Source: Pocillopora damicornis (taxonomy: Eukaryota). Taken from it: a stretch of 64,000 nt of DNA. The translations under genes were made by a program, and so were the position numbers. The stretch lies in the NCBI RefSeq assembly GCF_003704095.1, contig NW_020845567.1, forward strand, positions 248,001 through 312,000, in the 5' to 3' direction. Below are positions 25,701-37,000 of this stretch, piece after piece. How positions within the stretch are numbered: position 1 is the first letter of the stretch; each line of letters begins with the position of its first letter. The notes beneath the pieces are model-generated. The model worked only from the letters and a program-made list of their open reading frames with translations. It made no database searches and was not told where the DNA came from.

Positions 25701-28700
25701 TTAGTCAAGTTAGTAGTTACGTTTCTAAAAGATGTTTTTTTTTTTTTGTGGTCGCTTGGCTCCAATTTCAAACAAACTAACAACCGAAGCGCTGCTTCTG
25801 TCCGTCCGCTGTCCACATTACACGTATACAAGGTGTATTTTCATGACACTCATATGTATTAAGATCGCGAGAACAAAAACTACAAATCCCTCATTCATGT
25901 GCCTCATGCCCAGTGTGCCTTTCATGTATTTTAGGTACAAATTAAAATGTGACGAAGAATCTCACGACAGAAGACAAACTCTAGAGCTCAGAGAAAAACG
26001 GCTACAACGTAAGTTCATTCTAACGTGGTGATGATGTAATGATGCTACTTGAAATTGAGTGTTTATTTTTGTTTGTAGCTGAAACTTTGAAAGAGAACCA
26101 CTCAGTGGAGTGTCTTCTTAAGTTTACTGTGGAGGCACCTCGCAATTTTGTGTGTTTTGAGAACAATATCAACTTTGAATTTCAGATCCCCTGCGTACCT
26201 AGCTAGCCTCCGAAATTTTGCTTATTTTTTCTACCTCAATGTTTTCTACTTCAGTCAATTTTTGTCATGATAAAATGTCAAATCATATCGTGAATAGATG
26301 ATCATTGAATGGGTAATTGAATACCGGTTCCGTAGAACACCGCTGACCGGAACCGAATTATAGCTACTTGGTCGCCATGGTTTTGTGACCCACAGTTCAA
26401 CCCAACTAACATTTAGTTTTTCGTTTCGTTGTCTTAGACAGTCCATTAGTGTTAAAAACAATATATGTATTTAGTTGTTGAAAAGTTCCTGTCACTTGAT
26501 TTGTAACACATAATTATACCTGTTATTAATAAAAGCTGTCATGTCTTTTTGTTCTCTTCGTGCCTTACTTTTGATAATTTTTGTGTGATTTAAAGGGTAA
26601 AATGTATTATTAACGTATTAAAAACAGTAACTGAGTTTTTGATTCTATCGTCACCTGTTCAACTTATATGGCTGTTATTCAATTTAACCGAGTGATAACA
26701 ACTTGCCGTTCACAGGAGATTTGGATGGTTTCGAGAGAAAGCAAGGTGTTTATATAAACACCTCTGACGAACTGCAGAGAACCAAAGGAAAATTAAAAGA
26801 ATTACAAGTATGTTGGATATACAGACTACAATGGGGGAAGGGTAAAATAACAAATAAAGAAAACAGCTGATGTTGATGTCTAGAAAAAGGAAACATCCAA
26901 ATTATCAGTCCACTTTTACGTCTGTTTAATTTTCATGTATGTATCGGTAACGACACTGATCCAGGAGTTGTTCGCCATGAGGATGTGTTGAGTGTTACTC
27001 TTCAACTCAAAGGATGTTGAACTGTTTTTTCTTCCCTGTTTACAGCCTCACTGTACAAACATCTCACCCTCCCTTCCTGTAAGCAGTGTGTACATGAATT
27101 TTTAACTTTTGTGGAAGTTAGTTTGCTGAACTTCCACTAAAGATTTGCCACATGTTTAATTGTCAGATGCTCTATTTCTTATGCATCCTCTGCAGATTCA
27201 ACTTGATGATAACAAGACACAACTTGCTTTAGCTCTCCAGCAAAAGGAAATGATGAGTATAAAGCTGAGCGAGGTGAGTGAATTGATGACATCTCTAGAA
27301 AATCTTTGAATAAGGTGGTTTTTTTTCGCTCTAGATAACGAACTCTTTCTGTTGAAAATATAAAAATATAACGATTCGAACGTGAGATAGTCTATTTAAG
27401 ATTTCCATATTTATTGTTCACTTGATTCTTTGAAAAAGGATCTCGAGGCGATCAAAGAAAGAGATGACGCTCTTGCCAAGGAGAATGCAATATTGAACAG
27501 GTAAGACAGGGTTTGCTAAGTTCTACTGGTCCTTATCACGTGAACAATTTTGAATTATCCAAATTGTTCAATTGACTCATCAATGAAATAATCCTTTTTT
27601 TCTGATTCTGACCGCCACTTTCCCAGTTAAATTGATTATCATTTCTAGAAAGCTCAATCAAGTTCATCCATGCACTGCCGAAAGCAGAGGCAGTGAAAAA
27701 ATGATCTGAATTTGACTAAATGAATTTAGTTACAAAGTGCTTCTGTTCACTACGTGTTGCAAACTGATATCTACGTATTTCCCCTTTTGTAGAAACTTGT
27801 TGAAGTATGAAGATGAAGAGAAAGGTAGCAATTTTATGCTGTTCAGTTGAGTCAGTTTTTCTGGGTGACAAAACCTTAATGGTTAATTTGTATTACACAT
27901 CTTTATTCTTTGATTCAGGAAACCAAAGACTAATCAGCGAATTAAGGGAAAAATCAATGGAGTCTGCTGCAGACCTAGTATGACCTCTAAGTTGATTTTG
28001 TTTATCTATGTTACTGTTCTAAAGACCATATGAGAATAATTTTAAATCACAGTTTCTGGTATTTTTTAAAATATTCTTGAGCTAATTCTCTGTGATTTTG
28101 ATAGCTACATCTACGAGATCAGTTAAAACAAATGGAGAAAACCGCCAAGTCGAAGGAAAAGTCTTGGAAAGATTATAAAACAAAGATGGAATCCAGACTG
28201 GATGAAGAGGTAAAGCTGTAGCCTTAATGATAGAATGTAATATAAAATCAAGCTCAGTCGGTCTCTTTGCTTCCATGAAGGTACCAGGTCAATTTTCAGC
28301 ATTTTTATCAATAGACCTCTCTGGCTTGTATGTTCTGTTTACTCATTTCAGGTACCAAAGAAATTCCCAGCTTTATCTTTTGAAAATAATACGTACATAT
28401 GCACGTGAATAAGACTAAATTTGAACGAAACAGTTCTCTGGAGTATTAAAACATGACCTGAAATGGGTTTACAAAACATATGAGTTAAATAGGTCAATTA
28501 TCAACAGAATCGCGCGAAATTCTCTCGGCTGAAAAAGGCAATCTTCCGTGAGGAGAAATTTTCCCAGTACAATCGCATAATTTTTATCTAAGCTTCTAAC
28601 AAATATTTACAGAAATGAACATTTAAAAGTGTGTCGAGACTCCAAATAATGTTCCTAACGGTTCAGAAACTGTTCTCAAATGCGCCGAACATTCGTTATG

Positions 28701-30766
28701 TACGCCGCCATTTTATCACCGCCGATAATTTACCAAAATTTTTATGAAAGAAATTTAATGTAAAACAAGACCTGTTGAGTAGGTGTTTGACACGTTCGGA
28801 TGCATTTTTGTCTTGAAGTGTTTTTTTTCTGTCTCCCTTGTAGTGTCAGAAGCGACTTAAGTATCAACAACTTTATGAAGAAACGATGATGAGTCAGTCT
28901 GCGCTCAATCAAGAGGTAGCCGACCTAAAACTTACTTTGCAACAAACGCAGCAAGGTATTATTTATACATTAATTGTTACTTTTATGGAGTGGATAATAC
29001 CAGTTAATTTGAAATTAGTGATTTAATTCGTGAGCCATTCATTAAATGTACATTTATTTAACGGCACTACAATTAAAACAATGGAATTAAACACGTGAAG
29101 AAATCTAAGTACCACTATGAACTTCCACAATGGAACTCGGACTGAGAGAGAGATGTGTGCTGCATTTACGAAGAAGAAAGATAATGATAGCAATCGCGCC
29201 AACCTTTTTCTCAGCATTCTTTTCATTTATTTATGCGTTTTTTACTGGTTTTCCCCTTTCAGTGCTCGATGTGGAACTTGGCCGAAGAAGAGCAAACTCC
29301 ATCCCTTGGTAAGCCTAAAGGAGTTTTAATACAACTAGTCCAGTGCTACTAGTTTGGAGCTCTGTTGTAAAAATTAAGGTGATAGTAACCGGTACAGTTT
29401 GTAATATTGCTTTGTTCTCATTTTCCCAGAAAGGTAAGTTTGTAATTATTTCTATATACTTTTGCTATCGTACTATTTTTCTGGTGTATGCACTCCTGGG
29501 CAAACGTTAACTTGAATTTGATTTCTCCCCTATAAAAGCGTAAGTGAAGGTGATGTTAGACAGAACAAGGTTTTCAAAAAAGGGAACGTTTTTCGCGCAA
29601 TACCAACGCCCAACATTTTGCTAGTGCCTAATTTTCGCGTCTTGATCAGCCTTTCTTACACGAAAGAAGTAAACAGACCTATAGGAAAAAAAAACAACAA
29701 AAATCGACGGTGAGCATGTTACAGTACCGCCTACTATCCCCTTGTCTGATGGGTGGCAACCATGTAGTACATAATTTAATCACAAATGGTAACGTTTTGA
29801 TATTGTTTCTTTTTCAGTTAAAGGCAAACCGAATATTATACACTATTTGCAGTTAAACTGTCTCTAACGCCTTTGGTTAAGAGGATTAATTTCTTAAATT
29901 ATCGTCATCACGTTTGGTTAAAAAAATTTACAAAGCAAAGTGAGCAGGGTTTATCGATATTTTTCGGTTACTTCCTGTGAAGAATTCCACCTCTTGCACT
30001 TGTTCAATATGAGCTGATCGTGGCCATCGAAACCAAAGTCCATCATTTCATATCCAATTCGCAATCGTGTCAGTTAAACAGTAATTCGATGATTCGATCT
30101 TCTAACCAATAGCATGGAGTCCATGCCAAGCGAACTTGAGTCCCCGGCAGTAAATACAACTCAATGGGAAGGTGATAGAACATCAGTGACAGACTCGGCT
30201 ATGGACGAAACCAGTAGCACTGTGGTTATGATAGCCCAGAGCAAGGAACTGTTTGATCGGCTGGAGAAGGAGGCCAAGGTTTGCTAAAAATTGTCTTAAT
30301 TTAGCTTAACCCTTTAACCCCCATGAGTGACCAAGACAGAAGTTCTTCTTACAATATCTATACTATATCAACCAGATAAGTAATGAGAATAAAGAACAAG
30401 ATCAATTTGGGGATAATTAGTTGATCCAATACTACATTCTCTGAACTAACATTATAAAAATTGTATGGTTGACTGGAACAAGAATTACAAATTTGATCTG
30501 GGAGTTGAAGGGTTAATTGTGGTGCATGTACACCAACCTCAGGGTTTTGATACACATCGGGGTACGGCTGCCCCATGGCTTGGTTGTTAGCAGTAGTACA
30601 AATCTTTTGCACCTTTTGTATGCTTACCTTGTAGGAGTTGGAAGAATCCTATCAGAAGTTCCAGTCGCGAATCAACCAAATGGAACTAGATGTTCACTCA
30701 ACGTCTCGTTCACCTGATTTACATTATCCCACTCAAAACCTCCATGGAAATACGTCATTTGATTAA
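16711..30766 (+). CDS. OFD1: Centriole and centriolar satellite protein OFD1 homolog (LisH + coiled coils), about 662 aa
   Basis: Exons 16711-16791, 20368-20571, 20942-21010, 21959-21992, 22689-22787, 23169-23311, 23832-23921, 24325-24408, 24678-24784, 24985-25104, 25935-26008, 26716-26807, 27196-27273, 27439-27500, 27793-27824, 27919-27977, 28105-28209, 28844-28955, 29263-29308, 30113-30278 and 30635-30766 give one open frame of 1989 nt. Diagnostic peptides: LSPEEFKKSLFTTFRSRGVLEALKSQLRNRLIKEL, the LisH motif [37 protein letters not shown] and LEKEAKELEESYQKF. Confidence 0.93.
17065..19680 (-). mobile_element. Decayed CR1/L2-group LINE in OFD1 intron 1 (frameshifted RT fragments; boundaries approximate)
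   Basis: Ordered fragments: WENINLLINKK...LNKFFCNI (19379-19588), GVP.G.ILGPLPFIIFINALP...IRLYA (about 18100-18210, RT core) and SLYYSLLYSFLTYACTQWGN...KLQNKAV (17759-17962). Internal 82-bp-period duplication starting at 18167 and 18249. Confidence 0.8.
18414..18855. mobile_element. MITE with CAGGG termini nested in the LINE; spans assembly gaps
   Basis: Left TIR cagggcatgaaattg, right TIR caattttacgccctg. ttaag flanks both sides (18409-18413 and 18856-18860). Confidence 0.7.
30306..30516. mobile_element. piggyBac-like MITE (TTAA-CCCTT...AAGGG-TTAA) in the last OFD1 intron
   Basis: ttaa|ccctttaacccc at 30306 and gggagttgaaggg|ttaa ending at 30516. Related partial copies at about 5110-5317, 41139-41300 and 54570-54672. 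Confidence 0.75.
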
Positions 30767-31082
30767 ACAAAATTAAAATTTTTTAAAATCTCTTGTCTTC
30801 TTAAGTTTCACACTAATGCCATATGAACAGAGGTAGCTTTGACAGAACGCGTCATGTGCGCGCGCTGTTGTCTCACATTTCGCCAAGTTAACTGTTGTTT
30901 TTATAATGGTAATAGGACCGAGTGGAGTCCTATTCGGTCTGTAATCATACGAGTGATTAACAACATCGGACGACCAAGCAGGAATCCCACAGAATTGGAT
31001 GACACGAAGTCCTGTTACCAATTAATCAAAACTATGAAAAAAACTTGAGAAAGAAACTAGACATTGGTTGTACGTTTTCATA

Positions 31083-31930
31083 ACTAATCATAACCAGTAC
31101 AATTTCCTCAAATGTGATTGGTTGTAGTAGCTGCTTTGTTTTCCACTATTCATACTGTAGAGTTGTAATTGGATAGTGTAATCGGACAGTTGGCTGTAAT
31201 CGGACAGTTGAAGCAGCCAATCATACTTAGTCCTTTCAGTCAAATCCACCAATTACAGAATTGATCACAATAACCATAGCAACAACCACTCATCCTGAAA
31301 AAAGTTGTGGAATTTCCAAAGTTGAGGAATTTTTCCCATAAACATTGTCTCTACTACACATATTTGTCCTAAATGTATTTGTTGTTTTCGGAAAAAGTTT
31401 AAAGCTCGGCTAAACAGTTTAAGGAATTGTTCAGTCTGTGTCCGAATCACTTTCGATGAAATGGAATCGTCGTCTGCGAGGTTTAACCATTTTTGTTTTT
31501 AATTTCGGCGTAGAATCGCTCGAGCAAAGTGTTAAGCTGGGTCGGCTCGTAATTTTCAATTTCCTCGGCAATTCCCTTCTCTAAACACCACTTTTTCCAA
31601 AGCAACAACCAAAAAGCAGTACTTTTTATGGTGTTTTCGTTGTGAGAGCTGTTTTTCAGCTGCTGCATTGTTGTTGCGGTGGCGAAAGAAAACCTACTTG
31701 AAACGCCGGCCATGGTTTCGCTTGCAAATTTTCAGCGTATCCAAATGTTGCGACATCCAAGGCTCGCATTTGATTGGTTATCTGTGAGTTTCTTTGATTA
31801 TTGACCAATCAGAATGTCTGGTTTGTTACTTCTTTACACTGAACTAACCCTCTTCTGCACTGAGTTACCTGAAAATGCATTTATCTTAACCAATCAGATC
31901 TGAGTAATTTTTCTCATGTATATTATCAGT
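31083..31930 (-). mobile_element. Non-autonomous Crypton-like element remnant with a truncated tyrosine-recombinase (DUF3504-type) N-terminal ORF at 31483-31713
   Basis: MAGVSSRF...LKNSSHNENTIKSTAFW..WKKWC.EK..IENY...LNTLLERFYAEIKNKNG follows the SRF..N.NT..ST.W..W..L..FY.E.(R/K)..G pattern of Crypton/ZMYM/KCTD1-like proteins. It stops before any catalytic domain. Boundaries approximate. Confidence 0.65.
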
Positions 31931-34065
31931 GCTCAAACCGGGTTGGTGATAACCAATCACGTTAGAGAATTTTGTTGTAGTTTGATTTAGAGCTAAGGGA
32001 TTTCAAATTCTCTTTTGCAGTCACCCGATAGAGATCCAATTTTGGCTGGCTAGTGACTTTGCGAGCAAACAAGGCCTTTCAAGAGTTATCAAAATCGAAA
32101 AAAACATGGGGGGTAGTCGCACAACGCTCCGAAGTAAATCGTTTTGAAATCTGAAAATGGTGCTGACGTTACATTATTTTAAGAAGGTGAAGTAAAAAAA
32201 TCAGTTGTAAATATAAAATATTTAAAATAAGGAAATTCGATCCTCAGGACAGAGTTATGTCATTGTCAAAATGATGGCATGAAGACCATTTTTACCTCAT
32301 AGTGTGACGTAGTCATGAGTGTTTGGTATGGAACTGAAATTCTCTCACTCATTTCGTACTGAATAATCTATCCATACTGATTAATTTATGCATTTTACGT
32401 TATAATCAATTTATGCATGCGTGGAAAAAATACGACATCCCTTACCTCCCCCACTGTCGTTTCCTAGTCTTTCATGGCGACATATTGTCCACTACGTTTC
32501 GTCGCCGGTTTCTAATTGAAGGAAAGATTGAACCAATTTGGCCCGTAGAATATAAGGAGATAAAGGCCTTTCACCGACACATCAATCGCTACAAATGCAG
32601 GAAATTTTGGTCTCTCACATGATTCATTGCGTTCTTAACAGCGCACATCACAAATGAACGTTTGCTCTATGCTTAGGTAACGACAAGTTGACAAGGAACT
32701 GGGGAAGAGGAAGATGGAGATGAGTAGTAAAGACTATTCTTTTACGGTGTTGATTCCAATCTTTCAACTAACTCTGCTTATAGTATGTGCAATAACTCTT
32801 CTACCCATGACGAGATGGAATTAACATGCAATGTAATCAGAGAATCCTCTTTCAAGGAAAAGTTTCAACTCAAGGCTTTATTACTCTCAATATTCTTATA
32901 ATTTAAAACAAATCCCAATAATTTTGTCCGCAATAAAACATTCCCCGCCTTATTTACAAGGAGGACATTAAATATTATTCCCTAGAATAACAGATAAAAA
33001 AAAGTGACGCATCTTACTAATTTCTAGGTCCGTGATGTAAGTTACAGAACGAACTTTATTCGCTTAGATTTGTGCCCCAAGCGTGAAGCGAAAAAAAAAG
33101 GTTACTTACACTATGGACCAAGAAAACGCGGTAAATAAAATATTTATTATATCTCTCCGTTCAAGAGGATGATGTTAATTCAAAAAAACTTTAAATTTGG
33201 CGGGTCGCTTTTGAATTTAGCGGCACGCTTAATTGACCAATCATAGCGCACGTACTAACTGAGAGATATAATAAAACATTTATTTAATTGCGTCCATGCA
33301 CTATTTTGTTCCTATTTTTTCCAAATATTATTGGGTTTCTTATGAAACAAATAACAACGGTAATCGAAGTTCTGTTGCCACAAATTAAGACTTGACTGGC
33401 CTTGACGTGTGATAGACGGGCGTCAAACCACCACACTTTTTTCCTATACTCTATCAAGTGGATCTCCATTCAATATTATTCAGTGCAACGCAAATCCTTT
33501 TCCCATTCATGTACAGGAAAAAAACGGGACTTGATTGACTACCTGCGTGGACAAGCGCGACACGACAGCTGCACCAATGACTATGAAATCTGTACAAATT
33601 TTACAAAATAACCCTACAATGGTCACTGGGTTTGACAGAAAACCAAATGGAGTGTTTGTAACCCACCTTTCATAGGAAAAACAAAAAACATCAAGTTTTC
33701 AACGTGCCCAGCTCATTCCTCGCAAGTAAAATAAAACCAAACGAAACCAAATTGCCATTCACGGCAATAACTCCATCATCGTAGTTTCACTGTGGTCATT
33801 ACATCCACTACATGGGGCCTTTATGCGCCTCTATCAAAACACTAAGCATCTAATGTGTAATCTTAAAAAATGTCAGAAAAAAGAGCAACAGAAACAGAAA
33901 TACCAACCACAGACATTATCACCCTTAGTTGCCCTTAAACCTTAAAGCAATAAAAACTTTGTCAAAACAAATAAAGTTTCTTCTTCACCAGAACTTAAAA
34001 TGGCATAAGTCCGCAGCAAACAAACTAACGGAGAAAGTGACCCGGAACGTTCCTGGAAGGTGTGG

Positions 34066-37000
34066 CTAGTAAAAGCCTTCGCTCCAACTCTCGCCATCAT
34101 TGGATCTCGCTGGGCTCACTCCACGAGGCGTTGGAATTCTCCTTGAAAAACAAAAGAAAAAAACACAACAAGTAAATCAGAAAGAGATAGATATGATAGA
34201 TATATGATATAAGAGGCTAGACAAACTTAGGCAAACAAGCACACCATCTTTTGCTTATAACTTGTGGAGATATGTGAAGTAGAGTATTGGAGGAGCACAT
34301 TTTTTGATACCTCGGTGCTGCTAGCTGACCAGCTCTGGGTGTAACCGGTTTCCTTGGTGACGGTGAGTGTGGAGGTGTGTTTGGTCGCCTAATGGCAGTA
34401 ACCTGGCCTGGAACAGGTCTTGTGTGAGTCGGAGTTTGAGGTAAACTGCGCCTGCGTACTTCAACATCCTCCGCTACCCGTGATCGGGCTGATGGCTCAC
34501 GTCTCCTGACCTGATTTGGTTCACGTCTTCTCACTTGAGAAGGAGAGAAGCAAATCATAATAAGAAACGACTAAAGATATCTTACCTATTGAAGTTAAAA
34601 TTACACCACTTGCCACCCTGAATGAACTTGCGGGGAATGAATGCAACATCCAACAACACTGGGCCGGATTGTTCAAAGCTGGGTTAAGATAACCCAGTGT
34701 TAATGTGAAATTTGATTTCAAGTTTTAATTCTTTTTGTCTCGATTTGATTATTATATGCTCTAAAAGAATAAAGAAATATTCTGAAAAAGGCACTTGAAT
34801 AGAGAAATAAGGAAACCTGGTTTAAGATTTAACCCTGGGTTGGCGCTAATCGGCCTTCGAACAACTGAGCCCTGATCTTCAGTTGTCATGACAATCACAT
34901 CTGGATTAATGTAGACTAGTGCTAAACGTTCGTCGGAAGGCTCAGCAAAGAGCGAGCTCTTAAAAAAAAAGTTTCACCAAGGAATTCACAAATGAACTCC
35001 CTCTTGATTTGTGTCGAGCTGTTTATACCTGCTGTTACTATGGGAACATCATCGTCTGGTCTCATGTCTTCTCTCTGCCAAGAATCTGGTGACAAATTGA
35101 GAACAAACCCTGACTGACGACTCAAACACAAGTAATTAATGGTACCTGAACGGTATTGGTACTTTTTGATCTAAAATCACATGAAGGATTGCACGAAATG
35201 AAGTTCAACTACCACTTTACCATATCAACTTTGAAACTGCACAGTTTTATCCCCTAAAGAGGCCTGTTTTTTTCTTCTTTTTTTTTTTAATACAAAAGGA
35301 ATGTTTTGGTGACATAAGTTGCAAAATTCGGTACAGTGGAAATTTGTCGTTCATATTCCTGAAATGTGAATAGTTACTTTAAAAATGCCATTAAATTCAC
35401 TTGCTTGCTTTGTTTGTAGAGTAGATTAGGAGCCACCACACAGTATCAGAAAAAATTCAGTAGGTTCTGAGCCTACTTCACAGCTTTTCTAATTTAGCAT
35501 TATGATGAAACTAAAATTATGCTGATTGCAATACAACGATTAAAAGGGGTTACAGGCACAAAGCCAAAATTAAGGGTGTTTTCAAGGGGATGCAGCATTG
35601 CTTTGGTGACCTAATAGGTTACACAATGGTAACAACTTGCCAACCAATAATTGGGTGTTTCATATACCATACTATTTTCAAAAAAAACAAATGAAACATG
35701 CAGATAGAAACAAAAACCGTTCTCAACTGCATATATAACAAGACATAATTGAATACTAACTATTGTAATCATCTTGATGATGACTGTTGGTTGCTGGAAC
35801 ACGTCTCCTGGGTTGAACATATTCCTCATCACTATCAGCTTGCATATATGTTTGGATTGCTCCTACATAGCCAAATTAAAAAAAAAACCCTTAGAGTGTG
35901 TTCAGATTCAACTTTGGCAGGGAAAGTTTGACAACTTACCTGTTGCCATTGGTTGTTTGGCCTGTGGAGGTGCACCTCTTCTGCGCACTAATCCTGTACA
36001 AAAAATAGTATTCAAAACATTAGCTATTGATACATGTAGATCACCAAAAAAAAGAACACAATACAACACAGCTAAAAGGTCATTACTAAAATTAAAAGGC
36101 CTACAGAATCATTGAAATACCACATTAGATGCTGTCTAAAATGATTACTGATACAATAAGCAGTGATATTGTGAATGATCACAACAATGTTTGTGGCAAG
36201 AAAACAAAACTGTCTTTGTACAGTGAATTTTTTAAGTTCCACTACTTACTTGAATCATAAACTGAATTCAAAAGTTAGGCTAGGCTTTAAACACTATTAA
36301 AATATAATTTCCAATAGACCCTCACAATTTTACTACAAGTACTGACCTTTTACCACTAAGTCTTCTTTATCTTGTGATACTTGGCCTCGTCTCTGTGGAA
36401 CTACACCTCCAGTATCATTGTCATCAATTTGCAGTGAAGCAGTATCTTATTTGTTGGAATAGTCGGAATGATAAAAGTTAATTGGTGATGTTGCAGTCCA
36501 TCAACATAAGTTACCAAATGTGACAATTTCACATAGTCACTTACTCTTCAATGATATCATCAAAACAGATGTTTTGGCTGTGCACTGCCAATTTGAAGAG
36601 ACACGTGTTTGCTACATTAAACAGTAAATTGAAGTGAAATGTCTTGATTCTATCATTTCAACCCAAATCATATACGCTGACATTTCAGGACCTCTCTATC
36701 AAAGTTAGTAATCTCACACTCTCTTAACTCACCCAATGAAGCTCTGGGCTGTGGGGATTCACCTCTCCTTCTCAATGGACCTACCACAAATAAAAATATA
36801 AACAAATGATATTCTTTGTGCTGTACACCTCCCTACTCTAAATTTAAAAATGCATCATGGATAACAACTGCAAAAATCAGATTTTTTCATGCACATGTTA
36901 AGCAGGGCTACTGAAAATGTTCAACCAGATTGCTGAGAAGCTATATTTTTCTCTGCACAAGTTTCAAAATTAGAGATCTTGTTTTTTTTCCTAGTTTTAT

